Origin: a virus
Length of the DNA stretch: 64,000 nt
Strand: one strand, 5' to 3'
IMG/VR virus record: IMGVR_UViG_3300030419_006925
Coordinates: 1 to 64,000 of that record
Shown: positions 39,245 to 49,705 of the stretch, piece by piece
Numbering within the stretch: position 1 is the stretch's first letter
Layout: the number at the start of each line of letters is the position of its first letter
The notes under the pieces: generated by a model
Database searches by the model: none
What the model saw: only the letters and a program-made list of their open reading frames with translations
What the model was told of the DNA's origin: nothing
Made by a program: the position numbers and the translations under genes

Positions 39245-42200
39245 CTATCCCGGGCCATCACACATATTGCCTTTGGCGTCGTAAGGAGTGGAGCGCAACT
39301 TCCGGCGTTGCCACCAAGAAAGCAGGCCGGCGCCGGGAGACGGCATTATTCTTGCTCTCATATTTCTTAAGAAGATCTTTGCTGCTCCTTCGCTATAATT
39401 ATCGCCCGGCTTCCAACTGCGGGAGTTGTAATATGCTCGGAACATTTTCTTAATTCTTGCTTTTGAATTCCTCAAAAGCAGGCGATCCCAGTTGTCCCAC
39501 TCTTTAACAAATAGGCCACCGAAAAAGCCGGGTTGGCGATTGTAGTACTCTTGCCACCCTTCTGCACCATATGTGCCACTCTTTTTCATGTCATAGGTAA
39601 TGGTATCGAGCGTATATGTTTCTCCAAAAATTGGCCACCAGAACGGAGATCTTCCCGTGATCTCTCCCTCGACTTCGTGCAAGTACGCTATCATTCCCGG
39701 CTTAGCTCTAATTCCATAGTGCTTCGGTGAGTCGCTCACATCAATCCAATCTTCGATATTACTACTATCAACAAAAATCTCATCAAGCAGTGGCACGCTT
39801 GTGGTTGGAACCCATCTGGTTGCGTCTCCGGGGCCCACTGTTACCTCGCCGATTGATGACAAGAATCCCATATCGTTATACAGTGCCAAAATTGCTGTTA
39901 CCTTTTTCATCGAGAAAATATAGCTTGTCATTACCTTATACTTTGCATCATTTTTGAGCATATTGAGCAAACAGAACAATAACTTGCTGTTACCCGTAAA
40001 TGACTGAGTTTCACCGATTAATAAGTCCAGTGCATCTACCGAAACCGTTGTTACTAGAACCTTGGATGTTCCATAGTAAAAGTTGATACCATATTGAACT
40101 CCCATCTTGCCTTCAATGCCGACAACCTCATTATCTTTGTTGGTAACGGTCTTCATTGTTCCGGGATATACATCAGAAATTCTCAAATCGTGGTCATTTG
40201 ACATAATTATGCTTAGGGCGTCACCAACTTTGTGTTGTTCCCCGTTGATACTTATAAACTTTTCTATTGCGAAGAAATTGGTTGTTGTTGGGGTTGCTTC
40301 GCTCAGATCTGGGATGTCTCCTATTGGCATAAATTCTTCGGCCACACCGGTGGGGGATTGAGGACCGGTTCGTTCTCTACCGGGTACATTTTTATTGCTA
40401 CCCTCTGTTCCTGCATCTTTAATTGCCTTCGCGTCGGTGCGCTGTACAGTTCTTTTTATCGTTCCAACATCAACTGATTTGGCGACCGGTCGCAACAAGT
40501 CTACGTTCAAGTCATTTGGGTTGTGTAATTCTTCGCCAGTATAAAACATCTTGTCGCCGGCCTCATCAACTTGAGAATGGAAATACCCAACGTAATCATC
40601 GCCAAAGTCAAATCCATTATTCGGATCGTTGTCTTGTGCTATTCTCCATTCGCCGCCAGAGGTATAAAAAACGTCGGGCTTATCGGGGTCCACGGGTGCA
40701 GGATCGTAGAGTTCCCTAAATTGCTCAACAAGTTTGTAATCAAATATCTGCAACGGATCACCTGCAGTGGGGCAGAGGTTCATGAACAACCAATAATCCA
40801 AATCAAAGATGTCTGGTACGAATCCGTTGGCAGCCATATTGTCAACTAGTTTTTCGCCCATAACATTCAATTGTATTTTGACCAGTTCTGTCAATATCAG
40901 CTTTGCTTCTTCTTCCAGCATCTGCACTGCTTCAAAATTCTCATCTCGACGATAACCTTGAAGAGTCTGGAAAAAACCAGCATCACCAGCTAATTTTGCA
41001 TCCCAAAGACTTTGAACATATTTAGACTTTTTCTTGCCGGTTTCCACATCTTTATAGCGCATATTGTATGCTTCTCTAAAAGGGTAGCCGTATTCTTGTT
41101 GAAAATCATTAATAATATCCATAGCTTCTTGAATTGGCGGCGTGGGCACAACTGTCTGTTCCTCATCGACCAAAAATTTATAATACTGAACCGATTGCTC
41201 AAGGAATCCATACCAGAACATATCATCCTTAAAGGGATTAAACGATTCCCAAAATGCAGATTGCACATCTTTGAATCCTTCCTCCATATGTTCTACTATG
41301 TAGGCAGCAAAAATGTTGCTAAAGTTGTCTGGAAATTTTGGCATAATCTTGGAGAAGACTCCGATCGCCTTGAAAATATGAGTACTGGCATAGATTCTAA
41401 TCGCAGCATCTATAAGGCCCATCATTCCGGCCTTAGCTGGTCGATTCATAATTCGGTTAAACGGAACTTCTACTGCACAGTCAGGATTATTCTTTAATCT
41501 TGGATCTTCTTGCAGCAATGGGTATCTCTGATCGATCTTTCCTTTGATTTCCTCAAAATCGATCAGGTTTTGATTTCTCGGCTTACAAGGAGAGTATTCA
41601 GGGAAAAGCACCTGAGTAAATCCCATCCAGCCATCATATTTAAGTGGCTTAACATACAGAGGGGGGTTGGTGTAAGAACCTCCAAATTTTGATGGATCCA
41701 AATAAATGGCGCGCGCATTCTCAGCACCTCTCAGGTATTGATCATAGCTAATCCCAAGGATCATGTCATCATTGCTTGGGCCGCGGGTATATTCATTGCC
41801 AAACAAATCCACATCAGTAACACTAATTGAATCATAAGGATTTCCAGTTTCAGGATCGACATAATATAGATCCGACTTGGTCAGATAATCGTAATCCATT
41901 CCGTATTTCCATCCGGTCTCGTTTTCTCCAATTTCTTTGCAAAATCTCTTGAAAAGCTTCGTCATATAATCGTTGTAGTTATCGTACTCGGTCGCTATCG
42001 TCTGACCTGAAATATCTGCCAAGAGAGCTACTTGTGGTGGATATTGTTGATTTAAGACAGTCATAGCGCGAGCAAACTGTGGATAATCTGCCAAGGACAG
42101 ATCGGGCTCCACCGGCAAGTCTAATTTCTTAACCGGCTGGGCGTGGAACCCATTCAAACCCTCATCCACGGCTAAAAATTCAAACTCTCTTGCTCTTAAG

Positions 42201-45200
42201 ATCTCATCATCTAACTCCATGCCGCCGCCCGGCACAGAAGAAGGTTTCACAATCATAGAGAAAGGATACATAATGAGGTTAATAAGTGATTGAAGAGCCC
42301 AGCCAACAATAGGGACGTTTTCTATCCAATCCGGCAAGTCAAATGCATCATCTTTTTCATATTCAGAGCCAATATTTCCGCATAAAGGGTTTTCTATTTC
42401 AGCGCCAAAATTCATCTTCTCTTCAATCTTTACTCGAAGATTGTCATCAAATCTGTTTACATACTTTCCTTCCTCTTCAATTATATCTGAGAAGTAACAC
42501 TGAAGATCAAACCCCCAACTCCACGTGGATTCGCCACCTTCGTTACTGCCGCGGCCACAACCTTTTCGAAGACCAGCAGCATTATCTTTGAAGTTTAAAG
42601 AAATATCGGCACCATCAAGTTGCCAATGGGCGCCGGTTTCGCGGGAAGTGGGGCCCTTGCGGGCTCTTCGCGTTACAACTATCTTTTCGGCTGACATGTC
42701 CGCGCGAAGAGGGGTGTTATAGCCCATATCTGGAACTCTCAACAAATCGACGCCGGTGCCCATTACTGGATTAAAATCAAATTCGTCGAAATCGATCCTA
42801 AATCTTTTTTCGGGCATTACGCCATTCGTGGCCCTGAAATTTAATTTATCTTTCAGATCTTTTCCGCCTTTGCTGGTTTTGCCATAATGAGGGTTTTTTG
42901 TGCTCTCTCCCGCATTCAAAAACTGCCTCATCATCCACTCTCCCACATAATAAGGAAATTGTCCATGTTGGGAAGAAAAGCCTGCTCCGGGCTGGAGGAA
43001 CGAAAAGAATCCTGTGGCTGGCTCACCACCATTTGGCTGATTGGAGGCAAAGTTAACGTACGACTTATTATTCCATGCCTTTCTATGGTGTGCAGTCAAC
43101 GGATTTCCTTGTGTATCTGACATGACCATGTTGATAAATCCCCATCCGTCGTCGCCAACAAACAATCCGCCATTTCCAAGCATATCTTTTATGTAATCAA
43201 TCTCTAGCTGTTCAAAATCATTGCCCAAGGCAGCAGAGGTGACTGCTATTTGCTGCTCTGATTCGTATGGAACAAGGCCGTCATCACAACCGGGCGTAGA
43301 GACAAGAGGTGGCATATTATCTTCGATGTATTGTGGGATACCTTTTTGCATAATTGCACCCAAATCATCCAAATCATGAAGAAAACCCTCTCTCAAATTA
43401 CAATACATCTCCTGACATTGCTCTGGTGATGCTCGTCCTTCGAGCATTTCACATCTCAATTTTCTAAAATTCTCAAGCTCTTCCGTGTTTGCGCAAATTG
43501 ACGGATTAGCCGGCAGCGTTCTTGGATCTTCTCCTCCGGTTTGCTCCAGTTCTTCGGGAGTTGGTTCGCCGCGAGCAATGTCTCTCAACTGATCTCTGTA
43601 ATCTAGCGGGAATAAGTTACCAATATTTCCAAAGAGCGTTCCAAGAGAATTTTTATTTGGAAGTGCTTCTCTGAATTCGGGATATTCATATTCAATTAGC
43701 TGATCCGCTATTTCAAGCATTGCTGCGCTTGGATTTCCTAAAAAGGCATCTGAGATTTCTTGCCTAGTAACCGAGTTCGCAATATCTTCTGCAAATTGAA
43801 TAGTTCTAGATCTGTTGGCAAAGGCAGCACCGCCGGCACCAAGCTGGGCTACAATATCTACAATTGTATCTTCGACTTTCTTGTCATCAGCGTCTGGTCC
43901 ACAAATCGCTTCTTTGATTACCTCTGCGAACGTTGTCTTGCCTGACAGTACCGACGGTATTGCCATGGCCATCGCTCCCATGGTCTCAATTGCTTTACAT
44001 ATTGCATCACCAATCAATTCACAGATTTTAATAAACAGAAGCATCAGAATCTTCAATACCAATAGTTTAACGGCATATTTAATCGCTTCCCATAATAGTC
44101 GAGTAAGATCTTTTAGTTTCGGGATCCACCCAGCATAGTTTTCCATTCGGGGAAGGCGAATGTCGCTGATATCTCCACAGAAAATGTTGCCCAAACTCTT
44201 GATGAAGTCCCAGAAACTTGGATTAAACAATGGGGCCACTGGGCAATCCAACATTCCAATAAGAGATGCTATGATCTGGGCTCCGGGGAATTTGTTTAAC
44301 TCATCCAGCAGTGCAACAAGATTTTCTGAATAGTATTCCATGAGCGCTGCAATATAGGCTTGCATTAGTGCGTCAGTGTTCAATTCTTTATTGGCTTGAC
44401 CAGCAACATCAAATTGCTCGCCAATAGTTCTTCTAGTTTTTCCAGAGGGCGCGCCAGTGGGAGCACCCGGAACACCATAAAACTGGCCTTCCTTAGTTCT
44501 TCTTCTTTCGTCGTCAATAATCGCTTGATTTTCCCATGGCTTTGAGATACCTTGACCAGCAATTAAATTGGACACCTCTTGTGGAGTGCTCCCTGCAACA
44601 AAAATATCGCCGCTTTCCAATTTCTTAGCCGCCATTTCTCCCAATTCTGCTTGCGCTTCAGGGGGCAATCCAATAAATAAGTCTCCAAAATTTTCAATCG
44701 ACATGGCGTTTAGCGCGCTTTTGATCAAACTAGCCATGGCCTCCTCTAAAGTTAGGCCGGCCATCAAACATCTAATCGCATCCATCAACAAGTCGAAAAG
44801 ACCACATTTTTTAAGAGGCTCAAAACCATGGCGCCACAATTTATCTAACTGGCTCGCTGCTGGGCCAAATTTAGTTGTAGATGCCAAGACTATGGCGCAT
44901 ATCATCGTAAATGTGTTATCTGACTTTTCAAGTTCCTTGAAAGCTTGCATCTGGGCCATACCGTAAATGTTGGCTTTGTTTACGTCCTCTCCGTCGATTT
45001 GCAATCCCATATCGATTTCATCTGCTCTGATGCCATCAAATCCGACTTTACAGACATTCTTGTTAAATTTGTGAGCAATGACATCCGACAAGCTTAGTAT
45101 TTCATCAAGAATATCTTGACCGAGTTGTTTTCCTTCATTCGCTAGAGCATCGGCAATACAGCTTGCAACGGTCTTAGATTCGTCGTCAGCCTCTTCGTCA

Positions 45201-46282
45201 ATTGTGGAATATATCTTGGGATAAGTGTATTGTGTTACAAATTCAACCCAAGGAATTTGAACACGAGCAGAGAGGCCCGCTTCCATTTTAAAAAGCTGGG
45301 CGAGATAGGCGTTAGCTGTTACATCTTTCCAAGCATCTAGTTTGGTCAATGGTCGAAGTTTTTTTCTGCCGAAGTGGTATGGTTTTTCTGCACATTCCTC
45401 TGTATAGACAAGCATCTTCTTAAGTTTATAGTTGTTCCACCTAAAGGTGATCATTGTAACTGTTTCTTGACCAAAGCCGGCAAAAAGACCAGAGAATCCG
45501 GGACCAGCGACACCGGGAATTTGAAAGCCTTTTTGGTTCAAGAATGCTTCTAGTCCTGTCATCATCTCCGACAATATTGAACTTGAAAATAGGGCCACGT
45601 CTCCGTATTGCTCCAAGTTAAACAATCGATTGTCTTCCCAGAAAAGCAAATTTCCACCATTAATTGCACGGTATACTTTCAAATATCTACCATAAAGGTC
45701 AAGACCCTTGCGAACTCTAATCATTTTCGTTATCATTTGAGAAGCATTGTACGTAACTTCAACCTCTCCGGGCTCGTCCGGTTCTGGCTCTTCTTCCTTC
45801 GTGGCCGCCGGAATTTCATACATGACATCGAACGGTACCGAATATAGAAGCTTAAGTCTCGAATTGGGGCGCGGATCTAAATCATATTTATCATAAACTA
45901 TATATTCACGAACGAATTGTCTAGTTTCAGCAGAATCGTGTTTTTCATAAAATGTAAACAACGAGTCTATGACATCATCAACATTTTCTTCGTATTTAGA
46001 TTGTAATTCTTTCTTTATTTCATCTTCATCGCCAGAACTTAAAGTGGTTGAACTAGCGGTTGACTTGTGGGGAGTAACCACTGTTACTTGATATAGACAG
46101 AATTTTTCATTTAGTGTTGGCGAATCGATAGTTCTTTTTCTCCAGTCGGATATTATCGCCAGAGGGTTTGGGGTACACGGACCTTTACACGGCGACGGTC
46201 TTTCAAATATCTCATCATCACAAATATCGATTAAGCCGTCGTTATCAATATCTTGCCATTTTAAAAATTTAGATTCAGCCAT
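39245..46282 (-). CDS. Very large hypothetical virion protein between gp5-like and gp25-like genes
   Basis: 2345 aa, helical and Cys-containing N-terminal half with hydrophobic segment VKLLVLKILMLLFIKICELIG; assignment from position in the baseplate block. Confidence 0.6.
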   Translation of the reverse strand: MAESKFLKWQDIDNDGLIDICDDEIFERPSPCKGPCTPNPLAIISDWRKRTIDSPTLNEKFCLYQVTVVTPHKSTASSTTLSSGDEDEIKKELQSKYEENVDDVIDSLFTFYEKHDSAETRQFVREYIVYDKYDLDPRPNSRLKLLYSVPFDVMYEIPAATKEEEPEPDEPGEVEVTYNASQMITKMIRVRKGLDLYGRYLKVYRAINGGNLLFWEDNRLFNLEQYGDVALFSSSILSEMMTGLEAFLNQKGFQIPGVAGPGFSGLFAGFGQETVTMITFRWNNYKLKKMLVYTEECAEKPYHFGRKKLRPLTKLDAWKDVTANAYLAQLFKMEAGLSARVQIPWVEFVTQYTYPKIYSTIDEEADDESKTVASCIADALANEGKQLGQDILDEILSLSDVIAHKFNKNVCKVGFDGIRADEIDMGLQIDGEDVNKANIYGMAQMQAFKELEKSDNTFTMICAIVLASTTKFGPAASQLDKLWRHGFEPLKKCGLFDLLMDAIRCLMAGLTLEEAMASLIKSALNAMSIENFGDLFIGLPPEAQAELGEMAAKKLESGDIFVAGSTPQEVSNLIAGQGISKPWENQAIIDDERRRTKEGQFYGVPGAPTGAPSGKTRRTIGEQFDVAGQANKELNTDALMQAYIAALMEYYSENLVALLDELNKFPGAQIIASLIGMLDCPVAPLFNPSFWDFIKSLGNIFCGDISDIRLPRMENYAGWIPKLKDLTRLLWEAIKYAVKLLVLKILMLLFIKICELIGDAICKAIETMGAMAMAIPSVLSGKTTFAEVIKEAICGPDADDKKVEDTIVDIVAQLGAGGAAFANRSRTIQFAEDIANSVTRQEISDAFLGNPSAAMLEIADQLIEYEYPEFREALPNKNSLGTLFGNIGNLFPLDYRDQLRDIARGEPTPEELEQTGGEDPRTLPANPSICANTEELENFRKLRCEMLEGRASPEQCQEMYCNLREGFLHDLDDLGAIMQKGIPQYIEDNMPPLVSTPGCDDGLVPYESEQQIAVTSAALGNDFEQLEIDYIKDMLGNGGLFVGDDGWGFINMVMSDTQGNPLTAHHRKAWNNKSYVNFASNQPNGGEPATGFFSFLQPGAGFSSQHGQFPYYVGEWMMRQFLNAGESTKNPHYGKTSKGGKDLKDKLNFRATNGVMPEKRFRIDFDEFDFNPVMGTGVDLLRVPDMGYNTPLRADMSAEKIVVTRRARKGPTSRETGAHWQLDGADISLNFKDNAAGLRKGCGRGSNEGGESTWSWGFDLQCYFSDIIEEEGKYVNRFDDNLRVKIEEKMNFGAEIENPLCGNIGSEYEKDDAFDLPDWIENVPIVGWALQSLINLIMYPFSMIVKPSSVPGGGMELDDEILRAREFEFLAVDEGLNGFHAQPVKKLDLPVEPDLSLADYPQFARAMTVLNQQYPPQVALLADISGQTIATEYDNYNDYMTKLFKRFCKEIGENETGWKYGMDYDYLTKSDLYYVDPETGNPYDSISVTDVDLFGNEYTRGPSNDDMILGISYDQYLRGAENARAIYLDPSKFGGSYTNPPLYVKPLKYDGWMGFTQVLFPEYSPCKPRNQNLIDFEEIKGKIDQRYPLLQEDPRLKNNPDCAVEVPFNRIMNRPAKAGMMGLIDAAIRIYASTHIFKAIGVFSKIMPKFPDNFSNIFAAYIVEHMEEGFKDVQSAFWESFNPFKDDMFWYGFLEQSVQYYKFLVDEEQTVVPTPPIQEAMDIINDFQQEYGYPFREAYNMRYKDVETGKKKSKYVQSLWDAKLAGDAGFFQTLQGYRRDENFEAVQMLEEEAKLILTELVKIQLNVMGEKLVDNMAANGFVPDIFDLDYWLFMNLCPTAGDPLQIFDYKLVEQFRELYDPAPVDPDKPDVFYTSGGEWRIAQDNDPNNGFDFGDDYVGYFHSQVDEAGDKMFYTGEELHNPNDLNVDLLRPVAKSVDVGTIKRTVQRTDAKAIKDAGTEGSNKNVPGRERTGPQSPTGVAEEFMPIGDIPDLSEATPTTTNFFAIEKFISINGEQHKVGDALSIIMSNDHDLRISDVYPGTMKTVTNKDNEVVGIEGKMGVQYGINFYYGTSKVLVTTVSVDALDLLIGETQSFTGNSKLLFCLLNMLKNDAKYKVMTSYIFSMKKVTAILALYNDMGFLSSIGEVTVGPGDATRWVPTTSVPLLDEIFVDSSNIEDWIDVSDSPKHYGIRAKPGMIAYLHEVEGEITGRSPFWWPIFGETYTLDTITYDMKKSGTYGAEGWQEYYNRQPGFFGGLFVKEWDNWDRLLLRNSKARIKKMFRAYYNSRSWKPGDNYSEGAAKIFLRNMRARIMPSPGAGLLSWWQRRKLRSTPYDAKGNMCDGPG

Positions 46283-46300
46283 TTTTAATTCTCCTACTTC

Positions 46301-47302
46301 TTAACTCAACGTAACGTTTGAACTGTTAATGTAAAGATACCCAAAGGGCTCTAAGTGATTCAGTTCCCAAAAAAGCATATTGGCTCTCGTATGCCACAAA
46401 CTATTCAATACGAAATCAAGCACGGTTACCGTGGTTGGCGGGCCGGCTGCGGCGATCCACGGGCGCCATTGATCAACTGAATTGAGTGCATTGTAGCCGG
46501 CTTGAATCAGTGTTAAATTATATAGCGCACTCCAAATTTCACCAACTGCATCGTGTAGTTCCTTAAGCGCGTCAACTAGGTTATCTCCAAGAACAGCGCG
46601 CTGAAGTGTGTTGACTTCTTTGAATAAGTTTGCGATACCGCCATACACAATCCGAGGCTCAGTGTGGTCACCTGCTATTAATTCAATTGCTGGGGCTGGC
46701 AATTGTTTTCCGCCGAGGGAGTTTGGTTCGCCATCGGCGCCAATGCCAGTAAATCCACTAGAGCGGCCGGTAACAATTTTAATACTCGTCCTACCTATGA
46801 TTCTAACATCATCGGCCTTGATTCCAATACCGGATCTCTTTTTTGAATATCCATATTTTCCGCCGGCGAGACCAAAGTTCTTATCGATATCGGTCAATTG
46901 ACTTATATAGACTCTTGCAGCATCTGCGGACATCATTGGGTCCAACTGTGCACCTTCCTGTGGGCCGGCGCCTTTTGAGGCTCCCGCGCCGCGGCCAACA
47001 ACTAGATCGATCGTACTTGTGCCCTGAAAGCCCTCTGCACCAGCGCCAGAGGCCTTACTAGCTGGACGATCTGTTCCTAAAACTATATAAGAGCCGCCGT
47101 GTTGAATTACTGATTCGTCATTCGCCATCTTGAAACTAAGATTCTTCATCGGAACGACTGTGTGGAACAAGCCACTATTTGTCGGAACCATCTTTACGGG
47201 CTGTTTGCCCTTCATTTTTTGATATACGGTATCTTGGTCTCTTTGATTTTTTGGCAGTCTTTTTTTGCTATAGCCTTTCTTCTTATCTGTTCCGATTCCC
47301 AT
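46301..47302 (-). CDS. Baseplate hub/spike (gp5 C-terminal-like) protein
   Basis: GSYIVLGTDR, DAARVYISQ, IGIKADDVRIIGR, AVLGDNLVDAL; lies between the peptidase and wedge genes. Confidence 0.55.
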   Translation of the reverse strand: MGIGTDKKKGYSKKRLPKNQRDQDTVYQKMKGKQPVKMVPTNSGLFHTVVPMKNLSFKMANDESVIQHGGSYIVLGTDRPASKASGAGAEGFQGTSTIDLVVGRGAGASKGAGPQEGAQLDPMMSADAARVYISQLTDIDKNFGLAGGKYGYSKKRSGIGIKADDVRIIGRTSIKIVTGRSSGFTGIGADGEPNSLGGKQLPAPAIELIAGDHTEPRIVYGGIANLFKEVNTLQRAVLGDNLVDALKELHDAVGEIWSALYNLTLIQAGYNALNSVDQWRPWIAAAGPPTTVTVLDFVLNSLWHTRANMLFWELNHLEPFGYLYINSSNVTLS

Positions 47303-47323
47303 TATTCTCTCATTGTTAAAGTT

Positions 47324-48406
47324 TTATTTTCCATCAGAAGCTTTTGATCTTCTTATGTTTTGAATTATGTTTCCTTTTTTTATATATTCAAAATGCCATG
47401 GCTCAGGTAAGCTTCCGCCTTGGCGGGCCCACGCTGGGTTTGTAAACCCAAATCTCGGCGCATTCGCCAACATCCATTTGTATCTGGTTGTTCCATATCC
47501 GCCGGAGTTCCAGTCAAATGCCACTCCCCAACCGTGTGGTGATGTGCCGGGTGTGGCCGCGAATCTGCCGCGACCTTTTGCTGTAAATTCTTGTTTAATT
47601 CTAAGCTGCGTCTCAAATGGTCTATATCCAGAATTCACAACTAGCTTTTTCTTAAATCTTTGATAATATGCAGCCGCTAAATTATTAAAATCCTCAACCA
47701 CGTCTGCACACAGTTTTTCTTGCCTATTTTTGCCTATCACATATGTCGTATCAACATAGACCTGTAGAGCTTCTGGGAATTGTCCATTTGTGACAGTTTG
47801 GTGTTCGCCAAATTTTCCTGTGTATTCTGCTATCTTGGGTCGGCCAAAACTACCGCCGGAATATGTGTGGGTCTGGGCGCTTGGAAACGCATCCACTAGT
47901 GATTGACACTGGCTCTTGGCTAAGGGGTTTGTCGGCGAATTTGCTCTACTGATTATTTTTACAAACTCGGCTACCTGTAAATCATCGCTTTCGCCATCAG
48001 CCGATCTTTTTAATTTTATTTGCACCATATCGCCTACATTAACTGAGGCTACCTGACCTGAATTTGGTTCATCAAATATAAGAACCTCCGTAAACAGAGT
48101 TATCAGCGAGGCGGCGTCTGCGGGGCTTTTTGCTGTGGCCAATTCACACGGATCGGGTAAAATTATGTGTTGACTATTTTCATCTATTATCTGTGCTCTG
48201 AATTTATACTTTGCGATTCTAGCTCCGCTAACACTAAAAGGATCTCCACCGGATGCGTTTGCTTCATTGCCAGCAATTCCATACATAGGCGACAACACGA
48301 ATGCTAGTGGTGTATCGGGAGAAGATTTTGTCTTGAAGGAACGCCGAATTGACTCTTTTACTAAGTCGGCCGGGTTATCAAGTATGTCGGCGTATGAAAT
48401 GCTCAT
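47324..48406 (-). CDS. Peptidase M15B (VanY-like/L,D-peptidase) cell-wall hydrolase with N-terminal domain
   Basis: SGYR...Q, PGTSPHGWGVAFD, EPWHFEY zinc-peptidase motifs. Confidence 0.88.
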   Translation of the reverse strand: MSISYADILDNPADLVKESIRRSFKTKSSPDTPLAFVLSPMYGIAGNEANASGGDPFSVSGARIAKYKFRAQIIDENSQHIILPDPCELATAKSPADAASLITLFTEVLIFDEPNSGQVASVNVGDMVQIKLKRSADGESDDLQVAEFVKIISRANSPTNPLAKSQCQSLVDAFPSAQTHTYSGGSFGRPKIAEYTGKFGEHQTVTNGQFPEALQVYVDTTYVIGKNRQEKLCADVVEDFNNLAAAYYQRFKKKLVVNSGYRPFETQLRIKQEFTAKGRGRFAATPGTSPHGWGVAFDWNSGGYGTTRYKWMLANAPRFGFTNPAWARQGGSLPEPWHFEYIKKGNIIQNIRRSKASDGK

Positions 48407-48700
48407 TTAGGAAGTGCTCGCGTCTTGTATTAAATCTAACAGATTATCCTTATCTTTTTCAGAAAATTCGTATGAAGAGTCAACATTTTTTTGTCTCAGA
48501 GAAATAAGCTTTACAAGCTGTTCGTTTGAGCGCTGCATTGTTTCGATATGTTTTGCGGCGACTGGGCTAAGATATTTATTCTGATCAGTATCACCGGCGA
48601 TTTGATTGGCAATCTCATTAAGAAACTCACGCGCAACTTTGCGATCGTTTCTGATGTTGTCCAATGCTTCGGCTATTAATGACTCTAGGTTGTTGCTCAC
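48407..48700 (-). CDS. Hypothetical helical protein
   Basis: ORF 48407..48718; likely GTG start at 48700 after GGAG. Confidence 0.65.
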   Translation of the reverse strand: MSNNLESLIAEALDNIRNDRKVAREFLNEIANQIAGDTDQNKYLSPVAAKHIETMQRSNEQLVKLISLRQKNVDSSYEFSEKDKDNLLDLIQDASTS

Positions 48701-49413
48701 AATTCTCCATTCTCCCAACTAGCTTTAAATGTTGAATATCTTTTACGAAATTTCTTAAGAGAATTTACTATCTGCTTGGTATTCAAGCCAGTAATCTCAC
48801 GAAGATATAAATAAATAGCTTTCTTGTTAAAAATTTCAATATCTTCTTTTGACTCAAAAAGGATATTAATTGCTTTATACACCTTTAAATCATTTTCTTT
48901 CATTTGGGTGGTATCCCACGATTGCAATTCTTTGTGAAACGATATCCAAAATTCAGCGCCTTCGCGTTCAGTAATATACGATTCATCAGTTGAGAGATAC
49001 TCTTCTTCATATTTTTTCGCTATATTATCATAATCAACTTCGCGCGCAGAGCGCTTTTGTTGTTTCTTTACTTTGTGAATAAACCAGTTTTTTGTAATAA
49101 CTGAAAAATATGAAAAGGCCTTGGAGCCCTTTGCTGGATCAAATTTATCTAGGATGGTCATTAGCCATACTTTACATTCATCTCTTAAATAATCACAATT
49201 TGGTAAATTAGTAAACTTGTATGTATAGACTATTTTATCGACCATCTCATTAAATGCTGGCTCAATATAATTCACGTACAATTCTGTTCTTTCTTTTACG
49301 CAGCTTGTTTTTGCGTATTGTATGATTGCGTCTTCGTGAACTTGTGTAAAATAATGATTCTTACGTTTCTTCGATCTCTTCCTGCGCTTCGGCTTCGGGT
49401 TTGGTGCTGTCAT
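48697..49413 (-). CDS. Phage late-transcription sigma factor (T4 gp55-like)
   Basis: NHYFT and sigma region 2-like KFDPAKGSKAFSYFSVITKNWFI. Confidence 0.78.
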   Translation of the reverse strand: MTAPNPKPKRRKRSKKRKNHYFTQVHEDAIIQYAKTSCVKERTELYVNYIEPAFNEMVDKIVYTYKFTNLPNCDYLRDECKVWLMTILDKFDPAKGSKAFSYFSVITKNWFIHKVKKQQKRSAREVDYDNIAKKYEEEYLSTDESYITEREGAEFWISFHKELQSWDTTQMKENDLKVYKAINILFESKEDIEIFNKKAIYLYLREITGLNTKQIVNSLKKFRKRYSTFKASWENGEL

Positions 49414-49705
49414 AAAATTCTTCTTCTGTTAGCGTATAAATGAACTCAAATGTATCCATCTGTTCATTAAACGAGCGAGCATGCTCCATTAAGCCTTGTA
49501 ATGTCTGATCTCCGTAAAACATCTCCATTTCGTATACTTTTTCTGTATGTTCCGAAAAGGAGCTTATCATCTGCTGTAAGTCTCCCAATTCTTCCGACAC
49601 CATCAGAAGACGCGCAATTGCTGAGCGCGCATATATGAATATTCCAATGTTCAACGCGAAAGATATAAAAAGACAGAAAGACAGTATTGTTTCAAGTTGG
49701 CTCAT
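49361..49705 (-). CDS. Membrane-anchored hypothetical protein
   Basis: N-terminal TM ILSFCLFISFALNIGIFIYA, then MFYGDQTLQGL. Confidence 0.65.
   Translation of the reverse strand: MSQLETILSFCLFISFALNIGIFIYARSAIARLLMVSEELGDLQQMISSFSEHTEKVYEMEMFYGDQTLQGLMEHARSFNEQMDTFEFIYTLTEEEFYDSTKPEAEAQEEIEET

Noticed and set aside
37016-48406. Cellular contractile injection system (eCIS/T6SS/tailocin) or NCLDV origin
   Set aside because: Baseplate genes sit with a phage primase, resolvase, Mre11-Rad50 and gp55-like sigma factor, with Shine-Dalgarno sites and no host housekeeping genes; a myovirus fits better.
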